NCBI RefSeq assembly: GCF_004010195.1
Contig: NW_025215024.1
Span: forward strand, 21,034-59,070
Length of the DNA stretch: 38,037 nucleotides
Origin: Chiloscyllium plagiosum
Lineage: Eukaryota
Reading direction: 5' to 3'
The notes beneath the pieces are model-generated. The model ran no database searches. It was not told the origin of the DNA and worked only from the letters and a program-made list of their open reading frames with translations. Below, piece by piece: positions 33,085 to 38,037 of this stretch (positions within the stretch are counted from its first letter, which is position 1; each line of letters begins with the position of its first letter). Made by a program: the position numbers and the translations under genes.

Positions 33085-34640
33085 GAACAGTCCAGCACAG
33101 GAACAGGCCCTTCAGCCCAGCAACCCTATACTGACACATGATGCCCTTATAAAGTTAAAACAAAAGTTTTTGCTTCTACGCATTCTATGTAATTCTATTC
33201 GTTGCTGTCTCTACTCTGTGTCAAGATGCCTCTTAAACCTTGCTATATTAGCTTCTTCCCCTCTTAGAACATAGAACATAGAAGAATACAGCGCAGTACA
33301 GGCCCTTTGGCCCTCGATGTTGCGCCGATCCAAGCCCACCTAACCTATACTAACCCACTATCCTCCATATACCTATCCAATGCCCGCTTAAATGCCCATA
33401 AAGAGGGAGAGTCCACCACTGCTACTGGCAGGGCATTCCATGAACTTACGACTCGCTGACTGAAGAACCTACCCCTAACTTCAGTCCAATATCTACCCCC
33501 CTTAATTTAAAGCTATGAAGCCAGTATGCCATATGCCTTCCTCACCGCACTATTTACCTGGGTGGCAACTTTCAGAGATCTGTGTACATGGACACCAAGA
33601 TCCCTCTGCTCATCCACACTACCAAGTATCCGACCATTAGCCCAGTATCCCATCTTATCAGTGTATTCCAGTCACTTTCACATTCTATCTGGAAAAGCAA
33701 AAAAAAAACTTGCCCAGTATATCTCCTGAACTTTCTCCTCTACCAAAACCTACGGTCCTGAGTAATTGATATTTCTACTCTGGGAAAAAGTCTTTAACTG
33801 TCCTTCTCTGTATGTCTCTGATAATTTTGTAAATATCTATAACGTAGCCCCATAGCCAATGATGCCCAGCTGCACACAAACCATGTTTGTTCAATTTCTC
33901 CTTCTGACTAATACCATCCAAACCAGACAACATCCTGGTAAAACTTTTCCATACCCTCTCCAACACTTCCACATCGTTCTGCTGGTGTTGCAATTTTCTA
34001 AATGTGCCCAAACTAAGTTTCTCTACAGCTGCAATATGACCTGCTAATTTTCATATTATATGCTCTGATGCTTGTCTGCAAGTTTTCCATCAGTCTTCTT
34101 GATCACCCTATCCACCCGTGTTGCCATTTTCCGGGAACTGTGGAGCTGTACACCTAGGTCCCTTTGGATGTTGATGCAGCCAGTAATTTTTCCATCCACT
34201 GTATACTTCTCTCCTGCATTAGACCTTCAAAAATGCATCACGTCGTAACTGTCCAGATAAAGTTACATCTATGTTTTCTCTGTCCAAGTCTGCAGCTGAC
34301 CTACATCCTTCTGTATTCTCTGGCAATCATCCTCACAAGCTGCAACTCCGCCAATCTATTTACAGATCTCCAGTCACAAAAACACTGTTCCACCAATACT
34401 CTGTCTTCTATGACCAAGCAGTTCTCTATCCATCTTACTAACTGACGGCGGATCCCATTTCACTTCACCTTCTGCATGAGCCTGCCATGAGGAACCATAT
34501 CAAAGGCCTTGCTAAGGTCCAAACGGCCAACATCCAGCCTAATCCCCTCATCAATTAATTGTCTCACTTCCCCAAAATAATCAATTTGTAAGACAGGATA
34601 TTCCACACAAAACTGTGTTGCCTGTTGCGAGTAAGTCCAT
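33085..34640 (-). mobile_element. Old CR1 LINE with a younger, internally deleted CR1 3' fragment nested at ~33264-33657
   Basis: (catagaa)n tail at 33265-33285; DVEVLERVWKSFTRMLSGL relic (33775-34011); KAFD-type relic at ~34500. Confidence 0.8.
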
Positions 34641-34712
34641 ACTATAATACTGTTGGAGCTGCATTCATTCAGACAAGTGTTTATTCCATCACATTCCTGA
34701 CTTGAACCTTGG

Positions 34713-35023
34713 AGATTAGATTAGATTCCCTACAGTGTGGAAACAGGCCCTTCAGCCCAACCAGTCCTCACCAACCCTCAGAAGAGTAACCCACCCAGAC
34801 CCATTCCCCTGCACGATATTGAATTCTGACTAATGCACCAAACACTATGGGCAGCTTAGAATGGCCAATTCACCTGACCTGCACATCTTTGGACTGTGGG
34901 AGGAAACCGGAGCACCCGGAGGAAACCCACGCAGACACTGGGTAAATGTGAAAACTCCACACAGTCACCCAAGGCCAGAATTGAACCTAGGACTTAGGTG
35001 AGGCAGCAGTGCAAAGCACTGAG
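34713..35023 (-). mobile_element. V-SINE (HE1-like)
   Basis: (agatt)n tail, V-domain complement gactgtgggaggaaaccggagcacccggaggaaacccacgcagacac, tRNA-like head. Confidence 0.9.
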
Positions 35024-35027
35024 TTCT

Positions 35028-35387
35028 TGATGGTGACTGTACAGTAGGGGGTATGCTGGGCCGTGATGGTGACCATACAGTGGGAGGTATGTCTGGCCAT
35101 GACGGTAACTGTACAGTGGGAGGTATGTCGGGCCGTGATGGTAACTGTACAGTGGGAGGTACGTTGGGTAGTGAATGTTACTACACAGTGGGAGGTATAT
35201 GGGGCCGTGAAGGGTACCGTACACTGGGAGGTATTTGGGTCTGTGACGTTTACTGTACAGTGGGAGGTATTTCGGGCTGTGGTGCTTATTGTACAGTGAG
35301 AGGTATTTCGGGCCGTGGTGGTTATTGTACTGATAGAGGCAAATCGAGCCGAGATCGTTACTGTTCACTAGACGGTATGTTGCTCCG
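35028..35387. repeat. 36-bp minisatellite, 10 copies
   Basis: Consensus TGATGGTAACTGTACAGTGGGAGGTATGTCGGGCCG; no indels between units. Confidence 0.93.
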
Positions 35388-35399
35388 TGGAGTTGCAGA

Positions 35400-35920
35400 C
35401 TGTTTGAGTTGTACAGAGCACGATTCTTCTGCTGCTGATGGCCCATTGCATTTCATGGATGCCTCATCATTTGTTGCTCAATCCGTTTAAAGTTTGTCCC
35501 ATTCATTGCCCAGAGGGCTTTATGTCATGAGGAGTGTCTGCAAAATGTGCCCTTGCTTCCCATTGTGCAGTGACCATTCTTATCGATATATGAAATGGAG
35601 AAGTGTATCTGCAGCAGGCATATCGGTGACGATGTGGTCAATGATATGTTTCCCTTTTATTGATTTCCCCATAACCTGCCACAGAGCAGCCTAGCAGCCA
35701 CAGGATCCGGCATCAATGCTGAGCACTGTATTGACTATATACCAAGGAACTGCCCTCTCTGCCTGGCTGTCTCCTGTCAGTGGGACAGACCCTACCAGAG
35801 AGGATGGTGATGTTGCCTGGGACATAGTCCTGTTCACATAATCCTGCTTCAGAGGCAATATTTAACTTTTGCTTGATTAGTCTGAGGGAAATATACAGCA
35901 GGTCACTTTTACATTTTGTG
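35400..35920 (-). mobile_element. CR1/L2-type LINE endonuclease relic
   Basis: LRLIKQKLNI..E..VPGNITILSG..DRRQPGREGSSLVYS in ORF 35713-36027. Confidence 0.5.
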
Positions 35921-36671
35921 AAATGAAGAGTTAATATCACTTTGTTTCTTACATATTTCCAAACTGGAGCTGGGCTGTTACTCACACAATGCCTCACAAC
36001 AGACTGGTTAGAGACATACCTGAACAACAGGGAGATGTGTGTGGGGCAGACTGGTCAATGGACTAGCACATGGCGCTAGTCCAGACGCAGTCCAACATTT
36101 GTAACAATGACTTGTAAACAACCATGCCTTGCAAATATATCTCTTCTGTGTGCCACCTAAACTCTGTAATCCTATACCTTAGACCCGATCCTGAATGAAG
36201 GTGTTATAAAGGTAGTGGGCTCCTGCAGCACATGGCATCTTACATTGAATTCCTCATAAACCATATCCAGTGTATGTTAGCCCCACAATGTCAGTATCCA
36301 AACAGAATTGTGCAGCTCCATTGATGGACAGTATGATCCCAGCCCAACATCCTTGTGTGTGACTTGAGCTGGAAATCTCTGTATAAATGTTTGCAGCATT
36401 GTTCTCACATTGAACAGTAAAGTCTTGCTCAAGTTTCGATAGCCTTTATTAATACCAACTTTTAGGTTGTCCAATAAACATTATATCCCCCCCCCCCCCT
36501 TTATTCAGTTCACTTTTTTAACAACAATATGATGAAAACAGTGCCCAATTCACAGTAAGGAACATCGAAATGATGAGTCTCAGTACCACTGCCAAGACCA
36601 CATTATTTTTAAGTACAAGGACTTTGAAAATATACAATTATTTTCCCTTATATTAATATTGTGAATGAATA

Positions 36672-36772
36672 GTCGACTCTCCTGCTCCTCAGATGCTGCC
36701 TGAATGGGTGTGCTTTTTCAGAACCACACTTTTTGACTCTGATCTCCAGCATCTGCAGTGCTCACTTTCTCC
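36672..36772. mobile_element. Short Penelope-like terminal repeat fragment
   Basis: gtcgactctcctgctcctcagatgctgcctga..gtgctttttcagaaccaca is the reverse complement of 37605-37663; family assignment from recall. Confidence 0.5.
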
Positions 36773-37074
36773 CTGTTAATGCGCCCTCATAATCATTTTC
36801 GTGGCAACAATATCACTGTGTGTTTAAACATGTTACAGACTGATAGGAGTACATTTTGAATTGCTTCTGTCTATCTCAGAGCTCAGTAATCTGGGATATG
36901 AATGTCAGTGTCTATGTGATGCTCGGTATGTAGACCATGCATCTGAGAGATGGACAGATTGTTTCAAACATCATTTTCCTTCAGCTGTTCACGAAAAGCA
37001 AGTTACTGCCTGGACCTCACCAGCCTGAGCAGACAAAACCCAAAGCACAGTGTCCAGCATTGGGCATGACAATA

Positions 37075-38037
37075 TTTTTCATTTTAATTTATTCATAGAA
37101 TATGATTGGGATGATATTTGTTGCCCATCCCGTATTGCCCTTGAGAAGGTGGGGGTGAGCTGCCGCATTGACCCACTGCAGTCCATGTGTTGTAGATGTG
37201 CATTATGGAGGGATGTTGAAACAGTGAAACTGAAAGAACCGCAATATGCTTCCCAATCAGGATGGTCAGTGGCTTGGAATGGAACGTGAACATGGTGATG
37301 ATCCCATATGTCTACTTCCCTTGTCCTTTTTGATGGTCTTGGTTTCGGAGGTACATTGTAATTAGCCTTGATAAATTTCTGCAGAGCACCGTGTAGATGG
37401 CAGACATTTCTGCTACTGAGTGTCAGTGGGTGAGGGTTGAAGCTGCACTCACACAGGCAAATGGGGCTATTCCATCACACACACACTCGATGTGTGTCTT
37501 ATAGATGGTGTGCAGGCTTTCGGAAACCACAAGGTGAGTTATTTCTGCAGGATTTCCTAGCTCCTGGCATATTCTTGTTGCCAATCAATTTATATGTATC
37601 AAATTGTGGCACTGGAAAAAAGCACAACAAGTCAGGCAGCATCTGCGGTACAGGAGAGTCGACGTTTTAGTATAAACCCTTCACAGGAATGGGTAATGAA
37701 ATTATATGGTCAGTCCAGTTCTGGATAACGGGAATCCCCGGGATATTGCTAGGTGGGTGTTCAGTGATGGTGGTGGCATTGAACATTGGAAGGTATGGTT
37801 CAATTTTCTATTGTTACAGGTAATTGTTGTAATGGAAATGGCACTTGTCACTGTTAAGCACACTCCTTCATATTTCCAGGTTCTTGTTGCATTTGGATAA
37901 GGATTGCTGCAGTATCTGAGTAAATCATGAATGGTGTTGAACATTGTCCAATCATTGGCAAACATCCCCAGTTGTGACTTTACGTGTAGGGATGGTCATT
38001 TATGATGTTATCAGGGCCCACAGCCTTTGCATTCTCC
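37075..38037 (-). mobile_element. CR1/L2-type LINE, RT C-terminus to 3' end
   Basis: MFANDWTMF (FADD relic) at 37965; A-rich 3' end at ~37075 shared with the 26400 fragment. Confidence 0.7.
37600..37691. mobile_element. Short Penelope-like terminal repeat fragment nested in the LINE
   Basis: Inverted match to 36672-36730; carries a degenerate hammerhead-like core on the minus strand. Confidence 0.5.

Overview
Repeat-dominated vertebrate DNA, most likely a shark or other elasmobranch (inferred from HE1-type V-SINEs and dense CR1/HER1-like LINE debris). No intact host gene is visible. The centrepiece is a complete but coding-defective 10.24-kb class I (gamma/epsilon-like) endogenous retrovirus at 9036-19275 (+). 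It has TG...CA LTRs, a 4-bp AAAC target-site duplication, a perfect tRNA-Trp primer-binding site, gag-pro-pol-env and a PPT, and it is inserted into an older CR1 LINE. Its most unusual trait is an extra in-frame domain between protease and reverse transcriptase with two HVTL motifs: a 2H phosphoesterase resembling vertebrate CNPase, probably a captured host enzyme and a candidate antagonist of nucleotide-based immune signalling. The U3 regions carry a tandem E-box/E2F/ETS module whose copy structure differs between the two LTRs, and the leader contains a palindrome and twin hairpins. On either side of the provirus lie two diverged copies of a ~1.2-1.5 kb segment with conserved splice signals around two Ser/Thr/Pro-rich exon-like units, a possible duplicated host-gene relic. 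The rest is CR1/L2-type LINE fragments, SINEs, a spliced Harbinger Myb/SANT relic, Penelope-like termini, minisatellites and a 458-N assembly gap. All family assignments come from motif recognition by eye, not database searches.
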